DNA from: Auanema rhodensis
Lineage: Eukaryota; Animalia; Nematoda
NCBI GenBank assembly: GCA_964057225.1
Contig: OZ059899.1
Coordinates: 9,920,001 to 9,984,000, forward strand
Length of the DNA: 64,000 nucleotides
Direction: 5' to 3'
Part shown: positions 27,145-39,949 of the stretch, piece by piece
How the letters are laid out: the number at the start of each line of letters is the position of its first letter
How positions within the stretch are numbered: position 1 is the stretch's first letter
Program-made: the position numbers and the translations under genes
Notes under the pieces: model-generated
What the model saw: only the letters and a program-made list of their open reading frames with translations
The model's database searches: none
What the model was told of the DNA's origin: nothing

Positions 27145-30100
27145 GATTTTTCTACGATTACATAAAACTCTCGTTTGATATACAAAAAGGAGAGGAATAA
27201 CGTTTCCAGGAAATCAATGATATCGAATCTAATGATATTGTAGAAAAATGTAATGTCAGCTCCATAGTTTTTCTCTTAATTTCTCTCATCACAATAGTCT
27301 TAGTTTTTTTTCATAAGAGTTTCTGAAATCTTAGTTGAACAAGGCAGTATATATTTTTTTCTGGAATTCGAAAGCATTTGGGATGGAAATTAGAAAGAAA
27401 AGAACTAGTTTTTCCTACTTTAAAACAAACAATAAGAAATAAAATGAAAAAGATTGTTAGATATCCAATTTAAACTTATACATTTACTTCGATAAAGAGC
27501 CTATTAGTTTGAAATTTTATGTCTTACAGTTCTCCAACAGAACAGACTGATCCTGATTTTTCTACGATTACATAAAACTCTCGTTTGATATACAAAAAGG
27601 AGAGGAATAACGTTTCCAGGATATCAATGATATCGAATCTAGTGATATTGTAGAAAAATGTAATGTCAGCTCCATAGTTTTTCTCTTAATTTCTCTCATC
27701 ACAATAGTCTTAGTTTTTTTTCATAAGAGTTTCTAAAATCTTAGTTGAACAAGGCAGTATATATTTTTTTCTGGAATTCGAAAGCATTTGGGATGAAAAT
27801 TAGAAAGAAAAGAACTAGTTTTTCCTACTTTAAAACAAACAATAAGAAATAGAATGAAAAAGATTGTTAGATATCCAATTTAAACTTATACATTTACTTC
27901 GATAAAGAGCCTATTAGTTTGAAATTTTATGTCTTACAGTTCTCCAACAGAACAGACTGATCCTGATTTCTCTATGATTACATAAAACTCTCGTTTGATA
28001 TAAAAGCATATTGGATAGAAATTTCGAAAGCATTTTGGATGGAAATTAGAACGAAAAGAACTAGTTTTTTCTATTTTAAAACAAACAATAATAAACAAAA
28101 TGAAAAGATTGTTAGATATCCAATTTTAACTTATACATTTACTTCGATGAAGAGCCTATTAGATTGAATTTTTATGTCTTACAGTTCTCCAACAGAACAG
28201 ACTGATCCTGATTTTTCTACGATTACATAAAACTCTCGTTTGATATACAAAAAGGAGAGGAATAACGTTTCCAGGAAATCAATGATATCGAATCTAGTGA
28301 TATTGTAGAAAAATGTAATGTCAGCTCCATAGTTTTTCTCTTAATTTCTCTCATCACAATAGTCTTAGTTTTTTTTCATAAGAGTTTCTGAAATCTTAGT
28401 TGAACAAGGCAGTATATATTTTTTTCTGGAATTCGAAAGCATTTGGGATGAAAATTAGAAAGAACAGAACTAGTTTTTCCTACTTTAAAACAAACAATAA
28501 GAAATAAAATGAAAAAGATTGTTAGATATCCAATTTAAACTTATACATTTACTTCGATAAAGAGCCTATTAGTTTGAAATTTTATGTCTTACAGTTCTCC
28601 AACAGAACAGACTGATCCTGATTTCTCTATGATTACATAAAACTCTCGTTTGATATAAAAGCATATTGGATAGAAATTTCGAAAGCATTTTGGATGGAAA
28701 TTAGAACGAAAAGAACTAGTTTTTTCTATTTTAAAACAAACAATAATAAACAAAATGAAAAGATTGTTAGATATCCAATTTTAACTTATACATTTACTTC
28801 GATGAAGAGCCTATTAGATTGAATTTTTATGTCTTACAGTTCTCCAACAGAACAGACTGATCCTGATTTTTCTACGATTACATAAAACTCTCGTTTGATA
28901 TACAAAAAGGAGAGGAATAACGTTTCCAGGAAATCAATGATATCGAATCTAGTGATATTGTAGAAAAATGTAATGTCAGCTCCATAGTTTTTCTCTTAAT
29001 TTCTCTCATCACAATAGTCTTAGTTTTTTTTCATAAGAGTTTCTGAAATCTTAGTTGAACAAGGCAGTATATATTTTTTTCTGGAATTCGAAAGCATTTG
29101 GGATGGAAATTAGAAAGAAAAGAACTAGTTTTTCCTACTTTAAAACAAACAATAAGAAATAAAATGAAAAAGATTGTTAGATATCCAATTTAAACTTATA
29201 CATTTACTTCGATAAAGAGCCTATTAGTTTGAAATTTTATGTCTTACAGTTCTCCAACAGAACAGACTGATCCTGATTTCTCTATGATTACATAAAACTC
29301 TCGTTTGATATACAAAAAGGAGAGGAATAACGTTTCCAGGATATCAATGATATCGAATCTTGTGATATTGTAGAAAAATGTAATGTCAGCTCCATAGTTT
29401 TTCTCTTAATTTCTCTCATCACAATAGTCTTAGTTTTTTTTCATAAGAGTTTCTGAAATCTTAGTTGAACAAGGCAGTATATATTTTTTTCTGGAATTCG
29501 AAAGCATTTGGGATGGAAATTAGAAAGAAAAGAACTAGTTTTTCCTACTTTAAAACAAACAATAAGAAATAAAATGAAAAAGATTGTTAGATATCCAATT
29601 TAAACTTATACATTTACTTCGATAAAGAGCCTATTAGTTCGAAATTTTATGTCTTTCAGTTCTCCAACAGAACAGACTGATCCTGATTTCTCTATGATTA
29701 CATAAAACTCTCGTTTGATATAAAAGCATATTGGATAGAAATTTCGAAAGCATTTTGGATGGAAAGTAGAACGAAAAGAACTAGTTTTTTCTATTTTAAA
29801 ACAAACAATAATAAACAAAATGAAAAGATTGTTAGATATCCAATTTTAACTTATACATTTACTTCGATGAAGAGCCTATTAGATTGAATTTTTATGTCTT
29901 ACAGTTCTCCAACAGAACAGACTTATCCTGATTTTTCTACGATTACATAAAACTCTCGTTTGATATACAAAAAGGAGAGGAATAACGTTTCCAGGATATC
30001 AATGATATCGAATCTAGTGATATTGTAGAAAAATGTAATGTCAGCTCCATAGTTTTTCTCTTAATTTCTCTCATCACAATAGTCTTAGTTTTTTTTCATA

Positions 30101-32093
30101 AGAGTTTCTGAAATCTTAGTTGAACAAGGCAGTATATATTTTTTTCTGGAATTCGAAAGCATTTGGGATGAAAATTAGAAAGAAAAGAACTAGTTTTTCC
30201 TACTTTAAAACAAACAATAAGAAATAAAATGAAAAAGATTGTTAGATATCCAATTTAAACTTATACATTTACTTCGATAAAGAGCCTATTAGTTTGAAAT
30301 TTTATGTCTTACAGTTCTCCAACAGAACAGACTGATCCTGATTTCTCTATGATTACATAAAACTCTCGTTTGATATAAAAGCATATTGGATAGAAATTTC
30401 GAAAGCATTTTGGATGGAAATTAGAACGAAAAGAACTAGTTTTTTCTATTTTAAAACAAACAATAATAAACAAAATGAAAAGATTGTTAGATATCCAATT
30501 TTAACTTATACATTTACTTCGATGAAGAGCCTATTAGATTGAATTTTTATGTCTTACAGTTCTCCAACAGAACAGACTTATCCTGATTTTTCTACGATTA
30601 CATAAAACTCTCGTTTGATATACAAAAAGGAGAGGAATAACGTTTCCAGGATATCAATGATATCGAATCTAGTGATATTGTAGAAAAATGTAATGTCAGC
30701 TCCATAGTTTTTCTCTTAATTTCTCTCATCACAATAGTCTTAGTTTTTTTTCATAAGAGTTTCTGAAATCTTAGTTGAACAAGGCAGTATATATTTTTTT
30801 CTGGAATTCGAAAGCATTTGGGATGAAAATTAGAAAGAAAAGAACTAGTTTTTCCTACTTTAAAACAAACAATAAGAAATAAAATGAAAAAGATTGTTAG
30901 ATATCCAATTTAAACTTATACATTTACTTCGATAAAGAGCCTATTAGTTTGAAATTTTATGTCTTACAGTTCTCCAACAGAACAGACTGATCCTGATTTC
31001 TCTATGATTACATAAAACTCTCGTTTGATATAAAAGCATATTGGATAGAAATTTCGAAAGCATTTTGGATGGAAATTAGAACGAAAAGAACTAGTTTTTT
31101 CTATTTTAAAACAAACAATAATAAACAAAATGAAAAGATTGTTAGATATCCAATTTTAACTTATACATTTACTTCGATGAAGAGCCTATTAGATTGAATT
31201 TTTATGTCTTACAGTTCTCCAACAGAACAGACTTATCCTGATTTTTCTACGATTACATAAAACTCTCGTTTGATATACAAAAAGGAGAGGAATAACGTTT
31301 CCAGGATATCAATGATATCGAATCTAGTGATATTGTAGAAAAATGTAATGTCAGCTCCATAGTTTTTCTCTTAATTTCTCTCATCACAATAGTCTTAGTT
31401 TTTTTTCATGAGAGTTTCTGAAATCTTAGTTGAACAAGGCAGTATATATTTTTTTCTGGAATTCGAAAGCATTTAGGATGGAAATTAGAAAGAAAAGAAC
31501 TAGTTTTTCCTACTTTAAAACAAACAATAAGAAATAAAATGAAAAAGATTGTTAGATATCCAATTTAAACTTATACATTTACTTCGATAAAGAGCCTATT
31601 AGTTTGAAATTTTATGTCTTACAGTTCTCCAACAGAACAGACTGATCCTGATTTCTCTATGATTACATAAAACTCTCGTTTGATATAAAAGCATATTGGA
31701 TAGAAATTTCGAAAGCATTTTGGATGAAAATTAGAAAGAAAAGAACTAGTTTTTCCTACTTTAAAACAAACAATAAGAAATAAAATGAAAAAGATTGTTA
31801 GATATCCAATTTAAACTTATACATTTACTTCGATAAAGAGCCTATTAGTTTGAAATTTTATGTCTTACAGTTCTCCAACAGAACAGACTGATCCTGATTT
31901 CTCTATGATTACATAAAACTCTCGTTTGATATACAAAAAGGAGAGGAATAACGTTTCCAGGATATCAATGATATCGAATCTAGTGATATTGTAGAAAAAT
32001 GTAATGTCAGCTCCATAGTTTTTCTCTTAATTTCTCTCATCACAATAGTCTTAGTTTTTTTTCATAAGAGTTTCTGAAATCTTAGTTGAACAA

Positions 32094-32166
32094 GGCCGCG
32101 TGGCGCGATGGATAACGCATCTGCCTACGGAGCAGAAGATTGTAGGTTCGAATCCTGCCGTGGTCG
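32094..32166 (+). tRNA. tRNA-Arg-ACG: tRNA-Arg(ACG), copy 7, variants A14G + G26A (possible pseudogene)
   Basis: Reads TGGCGCGATGG (G at 32107 replaces near-invariant A14 in the A box) and AACGCATCTG (A at 32119). Stems, anticodon and B box are intact. Confidence 0.85.
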
Positions 32167-34137
32167 TAAATTTTTTTCATTTCACTTGTCATTTATAAAA
32201 ATCGAATTTATCTTCTTCAACGATTATTTTTGCAATGTGTCATAAGAATTTCATAGTTGAACAAAACGTTTTTTAAGAAGTTTTTTTGTTGTCAACATAT
32301 ATATTTTCCTGGAATTCGAAAGCATTTGGGATGGAAATTAGAAAGAAAAGAACTAGTTTTTTCTACTTTAAAACAAACAATAAGAAATAAAATGAAAAAG
32401 ATTGTTAGATATCCAATTTAAACTTATACATTTACTTCGATAAAGAGCCTATTAGTTTGAAATTTTATGTCTTACAGTTCTCCAACAGAACAGACTGATC
32501 CTGATTTCTCTATGATTACATAAAACTCTTGTTTGATATACAAAATAGAGAGGAATAACGTTTCCAGGATATCAATGATATCGAATCTAGTGATATTGTA
32601 GAAAAATGTAATGTCAGCTTCATAGTTTTTCTCTTAATTTCTCTCATCACAATAGTCTTAGTTTTTTTTCATAAGAGTTTCTGAAATCTTAGTTGAACAA
32701 GGCAGTATATATTTTTTTCTGGAATTCGAAAGCATTTGGGATGGAAATTAGAAAGAAAAGAACTAGTTTTTCCTACTTTAAAACAAACAATAAGAAATAA
32801 AATGAAAAAGATTGTTAGATATCCAATTTAAACTTATACATTTACTTCGATAAAGAGCCTATTAGTTTGAAATTTTATGTCTTACAGTTCTCCAACAGAA
32901 CAGACTGATCCTGATTTTTCTACGATTACATAAAACTCTCGTTTGATATAAAAGCATATTGGATAGAAATTTCGAAAGCATTTTGGATGGAAATTAGAAC
33001 GAAAAGAACTAGTTTTTTCTATTTTAAAACAAACAATAATAAACAAAATGAAAAGATTGTTAGATATCCAATTTAAACTTATACATTTACTTCGATAAAG
33101 AGCCTATTAGTTTGAAATTTTATGTCTTACAGTTCTCCAACAGAACAGACTGATCCTGATTGCTCTATGATTACATAAAACTCTCGTTTGATATAAAAGC
33201 ATATTGGATAGAAATTTCGAAAGCATTTTGGATGGAAATTAGAACGAAAAGAACTAGTTTTTCTATTTTAAAACAAACAATAATAAACAAAATGAAAAGA
33301 TTGTTAGATATCCAATTTAAACTTATACATTTACTTCGATAAAGAGCCTATTAGTTTGAAATTTTATGTCTTACAGTTCTCCAACAGAACAGACTGATCC
33401 TGATTGCTCTATGATTACATAAAACTCTCGTTTGATATAAAAGCATATTGGATAGAAATTTCGAAAGCATTTTGGATGGAAATTAGAACGAAAAGAACTA
33501 GTTTTTCTATTTTAAAACAAACAATAATAAACAAAATGAAAAGATTGTTAGATATCCAATTTAAACTTATACATTTACTTCGATAAAGAGCCTATTAGTT
33601 TGAAATTTTATGTCTTACAGTTCTCCAACAGAACAGACTGATCCTGATTGCTCTATGATTACATAAAACTCTCGTTTGATATAGAAGCATATTGGATAGA
33701 AATTTCGAAAGCATTTTGGATGGAAATTTGAAAGAAAAGAACTAGTTTTTCCTACTTTAAAACAAACAATAAGAAATAAAATGAAAAAGATTGTTAGATA
33801 TCCAATTTAAACTTATACATTTACTTCGATGAAGAGCCTATTAGATTGAATTTTTATGTCTTACAGTTCTCCAACAGAACAGACTGATCCTGATTTCTCT
33901 ATGATTACATAAAACTCTCGTTTGATATAAAAGCATATTGGATAGAAATTTCGAAAGCATTTTGGATGGAAATTTGAAAGAAAAGAACTAGTTTTTCCTA
34001 CTTTAAAACAAACAATAAGAAATAAAATGAAAAAGATTGTTAGATATCCAATTTTAACTTATACATTTACTTCGATGAAGAGCCTATTAGATTGAATTTT
34101 TATGTCTTACAGTTCTCCAACAGAACAGACTGATCCT

Positions 34138-36919
34138 GATTTTTCTACGATTACATAAAACTCTCGTTTGATATACAAAAAGGAGAGGAATAACGTTTCC
34201 AGGATATCAATGATATCGAATCTAGTGATATTGTAGAAAAATGTAATGTCAGCTCCATAGTTTTTCTCTTAATTTCTCTCATCACAATAGTCTTAGTTTT
34301 TTTTCATAAGAGTTTCTGAAATCTTAGTTGAACAAGGCAGTATATATTTTTTTCTGGAATTCGAAAGCGTTTGGGATGGAAATTAGAAAGAAAAGAACTA
34401 GTTTTTCCTACTTTAAAACAAACAATAAGAAATAAAATGAAAAAGATTGTTAGATATCCAATTTAAACTTATACATTTACTTCGATAAAGAGCCTATTAG
34501 TTTGAAATTTTATGTCTTACAGTTCTCCAACAGAACAGACTGATCCTGATTGCTCTATGATTACATAAAACTCTCGTTTGATATAAAAGCATATTGGATA
34601 GAAATTTCGAAAGCATTTTGGATGGAAATTAGAACGAAAAGAACTAGTTTTTTCTATTTTAAAACAAACAATAATAAACAAAATGAAAAGATTGTTAGAT
34701 ATCCAATTTAAACTTATACATTTACTTCGATAAAGAGCCTATTAGTTTGAAATTTTATGTCTTACAGTTCTCCAACAGAACAGACTGATCCTGATTGCTC
34801 TATGATTACATAAAACTCTCGTTTGATATAAAAGCATATTGGATAGAAATTTCGAAAGCATTTTGGATGGAAATTAGAACGAAAAGAACTAGTTTTTCTA
34901 TTTTAAAACAAACAATAATAAACAAAATGAAAAGATTGTTAGATATCCAATTTAAACTTATACATTTACTTCGATAAAGAGCCTATTAGTTTGAAATTTT
35001 ATGTCTTACAGTTCTCCAACAGAACAGACTGATCCTGATTGCTCTATGATTACATAAAACTCTCGTTTGATATAGAAGCATATTGGATAGAAATTTCGAA
35101 AGCATTTTGGATGGAAATTTGAAAGAAAAGAACTAGTTTTTCCTACTTTAAAACAAACAATAAGAAATAAAATGAAAAAGATTGTTAGATATCCAATTTA
35201 AACTTATACATTTACTTCGATGAAGAGCCTATTAGATTGAATTTTTATGTCTTACAGTTCTCCAACAGAACAGACTGATCATGATTTCTCTATGATTACA
35301 TAAAACTCTCGTTTGATATAAAAGCATATTGGATAGAAATTTCGAAAGCATTTTGGATGGAAATTTGAAAGAAAAGAACTAGTTTTTCCTACTTTAAAAC
35401 AAACAATAAGAAATAAAATGAAAAAGATTGTTAGATATCCAATTTTAACTTATACATTTACTTCGATGAAGAGCCTATTAGATTGAATTTTTATGTCTTA
35501 CAGTTCTCCAACAGAACAGACTGATCCTGATTTTTCTACGATTACATAAAACTCTCGTTTGATATACAAAAAGGAGAGGAATAACGTTTCCAGGATATCA
35601 ATGATATCGAATCTAGTGATATTGTAGAAAAATGTAATGTCAGCTCCATAGTTTTTCTCTTAATTTCTCTCATCACAATAGTCTTAGTTTTTTTTCATAA
35701 GAGTTTCTGAAATCTTAGTTGAACAAGGCAGTATATATTTTTTTCTGGAATTCGAAAGCATTTGGGATGGAAATTAGAAAGAAAAGAACTAGTTTTTCCT
35801 ACTTTAAAACAAACAATAAGAAATAAAATGAAAAAGATTGTTAGATATCCAATTTAAACTTATACATTTACTTCGATAAAGAGCCTATTAGTTTGAAATT
35901 TTATGTCTTACAGTTCTCCAACAGAACAGACTGATCCTGATTGCTCTATGATTACATAAAACTCTCGTTTGATATAAAAGCATATTGGATAGAAATTTCG
36001 AAAGCATTTTGGATGGAAATTAGAACGAAAAGAACTAGTTTTTTCTATTTTAAAACAAACAATAATAAACAAAATGAAAAGATTGTTAGATATCCAATTT
36101 AAACTTATACATTTACTTCGATAAAGAGCCTATTAGTTTGAAATTTTATGTCTTACAGTTCTCCAACAGAACAGACTGATCCTGATTGCTCTATGATTAC
36201 ATAAAACTCTCGTTTGATATAAAAGCATATTGGATAGAAATTTCGAAAGCATTTTGGATGGAAATTAGAACGAAAAGAACTAGTTTTTCTATTTTAAAAC
36301 AAACAATAATAAACAAAATGAAAAGATTGTTAGATATCCAATTTAAACTTATACATTTACTTCGATAAAGAGCCTATTAGTTTGAAATTTTATGTCTTAC
36401 AGTTCTCCAACAGAACAGACTGATCCTGATTGCTCTATGATTACATAAAACTCTCGTTTGATATAGAAGCATATTGGATAGAAATTTCGAAAGCATTTTG
36501 GATGGAAATTTGAAAGAAAAGAACTAGTTTTTCCTACTTTAAAACAAACAATAAGAAATAAAATGAAAAAGATTGTTAGATATCCAATTTAAACTTATAC
36601 ATTTACTTCGATGAAGAGCCTATTAGATTGAATTTTTATGTCTTACAGTTCTCCAACAGAACAGACTGATCCTGATTTCTCTATGATTACATAAAACTCT
36701 CGTTTGATATAAAAGCATATTGGATAGAAATTTCGAAAGCATTTTGGATGGAAATTTGAAAGAAAAGAACTAGTTTTTCCTACTTTAAAACAAACAATAA
36801 GAAATAAAATGAAAAAGATTGTTACATATCCAATTTTAACTTATACATTTACTTCGATGAAGAGCCTATTAGATTGAATTTTTATGTCTTACAGTTCTCC
36901 AACAGAACAGACTGATCCT
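34138..36919 (+). repeat. (L-S-S-S-S)x2 higher-order repeat, 1391 bp
   Basis: L starts at 34138, 35529 and 36920. Identical spurious ORFs at 33404, 34795 and 36186 are spaced 1391 bp apart. Confidence 0.88.
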
Positions 36920-39900
36920 GATTTTTCTACGATTACATAAAACTCTCGTTTGATATACAAAAAGGAGAGGAATAACGTTTCCAGGATATCAATGATATCG
37001 AATCTAGTGATATTGTAGAAAAATGTAATGTCAGCTCCATAGTTTTTCTCTTAATTTCTCTCATCACAATAGTCTTAGTTTTTTTTCATAAGAGTTTCTG
37101 AAATCTTAGTTGAACAAGGCAGTATATATTTTTTTCTGGAATTCGAAAGCATTTGGGATGGAAATTAGAAAGAAAAGAACTAGTTTTTCCTACTTTAAAA
37201 CAAACAATAAGAAATAAAATGAAAAAGATTGTTAGATATCCAATTTAAACTTATACATTTATTTCGATAAAGAGCCTATTAGTTTGAAATTTTATGTCTT
37301 ACAGTTCTCCAACAGAACAGACTGATCCTGATTGCTCTATGATTACATAAAACTCTCGTTTGATATAAAAGCATATTGGATAGAAATTTCGAAAGCATTT
37401 TGGATGGAAATTAGAACGAAAAGAACTAGTTTTTTCTATTTTAAAACAAACAATAATAAACAAAATGAAAAGATTGTTAGATATCCAATTTTAACTTATA
37501 CATTTACTTCGATGAAGAGCCTATTAGATTGAAATTTTATGTCTTACAGTTCTCCAACAGAACAGACTGATCCTGATTTTTCTACGATTACATAAAACTC
37601 TCGTTTGATATACAAAAAGGAGAGGAATAACGTTTCCAGGATATCAATGATATCGAATCTAGTGATATTGTAGAAAAATGTAATGTCAGCTCCATAGTTT
37701 TTCTCTTAATTTCTCTCATCACAATAGTCTTAGTTTTTTTTCATAAGAGTTTCTGAAATCTTAGTTGAACAAGGCAGTATATATTTTTTTCTGGAATTCG
37801 AAAGCATTTGGGATGAAAATTAGAAAGAAAAGAACTAGTTTTTCCTACTTTAAAACAAACAATAAGAAATAAAATGAAAAAGATTGTTAGATATCCAATT
37901 TAAACTTATACATTTACTTCGATAAAGAGCCTATTAGTTTGAAATTTTATGTTTTACAGTTCTCCAACAGAACAGACTGATCCTGATTTCTCTATGATTA
38001 CATAAAACTCTCGTTTGATATAAAAGCATATTGGATAGAAATTTCGAAAGCATTTTGGATGGAAATTAGAACGAAAAGAACTAGTTTTTTCTATTTTAAA
38101 ACAAACAATAATAAACAAAATGAAAAGATTGTTAGATATCCAATTTTAACTTATACATTTACTTCGATGAAGAGCCTATTAGATTGAATTTTTATGTCTT
38201 ACAGTTCTCCAACAGAACAGACTGATCCTGATTTTTCTACGATTACATAAAACTCTCGTTTGATATACAAAAAGGAGAGGAATAACGTTTCCAGGATATC
38301 AATGATATCGAATCTAGTGATATTGTAGAAAAATGTAATGTCAGCTCCATAGTTTTTCTCTTAATTTCTCTCATCACAATAGTCTTAGTTTTTTTTCATA
38401 AGAGTTTCTGAAATCTTAGTTGAACAAGGCAGTATATATTTTTTTCTGGAATTCGAAAGCATTTGGGATGAAAATTAGAAAGAAAAGAACTAGTTTTTCC
38501 TACTTTAAAACAAACAATAAGAAATAAAATGAAAAAGATTGTTAGATATCCAATTTAAACTTATACATTTACTTCGATAAAGAGCCTATTAGTTTGAAAT
38601 TTTATGTCTTACAGTTCTCCAACAGAACAGACTGATCCTGATTTCTCTATGATTACATAAAACTCTCGTTTGATATAAAAGCATATTGGATAGAAATTTC
38701 GAAAGCATTTTGGATGGAAATTAGAACGAAAAGAACTAGTTTTTTCTATTTTAAAACAAACAATAATAAACAAAATGAAAAGATTGTTAGATATCCAATT
38801 TTAACTTATACATTTACTTCGATGAAGAGCCTATTAGATTGAATTTTTATGTCTTACAGTTCTCCAACAGAACAGACTGATCCTGATTTTTCTACGATTA
38901 CATAAAACTCTCGTTTGATATACAAAAAGGAGAGGAATAACGTTTCCAGGAAATCAATGATATCGAATCTAGTGATATTGTAGAAAAATGTAATGTCAGC
39001 TCCATAGTTTTTCTCTTAATTTCTCTCATCACAATAGTCTTAGTTTTTTTTCATAAGAGTTTCTGAAATCTTAGTTGAACAAGGCAGTATATATTTTTTT
39101 CTGGAATTCGAAAGCATTTGGGATGGAAATTAGAAAGAAAAGAACTAGTTTTTCCTACTTTAAAACAAACAATAAGAAATAAAATGAAAAAGATTGTTAG
39201 ATATCCAATTTAAACTTATACATTTACTTCGATAAAGAGCCTATTAGTTTGAAATTTTATGTCTTACAGTTCTCCAACAGAACAGACTGATCCTGATTTT
39301 TCTACGATTACATAAAACTCTCGTTTGATATACAAAAAGGAGAGGAATAACGTTTCCAGGATATCAATGATATCGAATCTAGTGATATTGTAGAAAAATG
39401 TAATGTCAGCTCCATAGTTTTTCTCTTAATTTCTCTCATCACAATAGTCTTAGTTTTTTTTCATAAGAGTTTCTGAAATCTTAGTTGAACAAGGCAGTAT
39501 ATATTTTTTTCTGGAATTCGAAAGCATTTGGGATGAAAATTAGAAAGAAAAGAACTAGTTTTTCCTACTTTAAAACAAACAATAAGAAATAAAATGAAAA
39601 AGATTGTTAGATATCCAATTTAAACTTATACATTTACTTCGATAAAGAGCCTATTAGTTTGAAATTTTATGTCTTACAGTTCTCCAACAGAACAGACTGA
39701 TCCTGATTTCTCTATGATTACATAAAACTCTCGTTTGATATAAAAGCATATTGGATAGAAATTTCGAAAGCATTTTGGATGGAAATTAGAACGAAAAGAA
39801 CTAGTTTTTTCTATTTTAAAACAAACAATAATAAACAAAATGAAAAGATTGTTAGATATCCAATTTTAACTTATACATTTACTTCGATGAAGAGCCTATT

Positions 39901-39949
39901 AGATTGAATTTTTATGTCTTACAGTTCTCCAACAGAACAGACTGATCCT

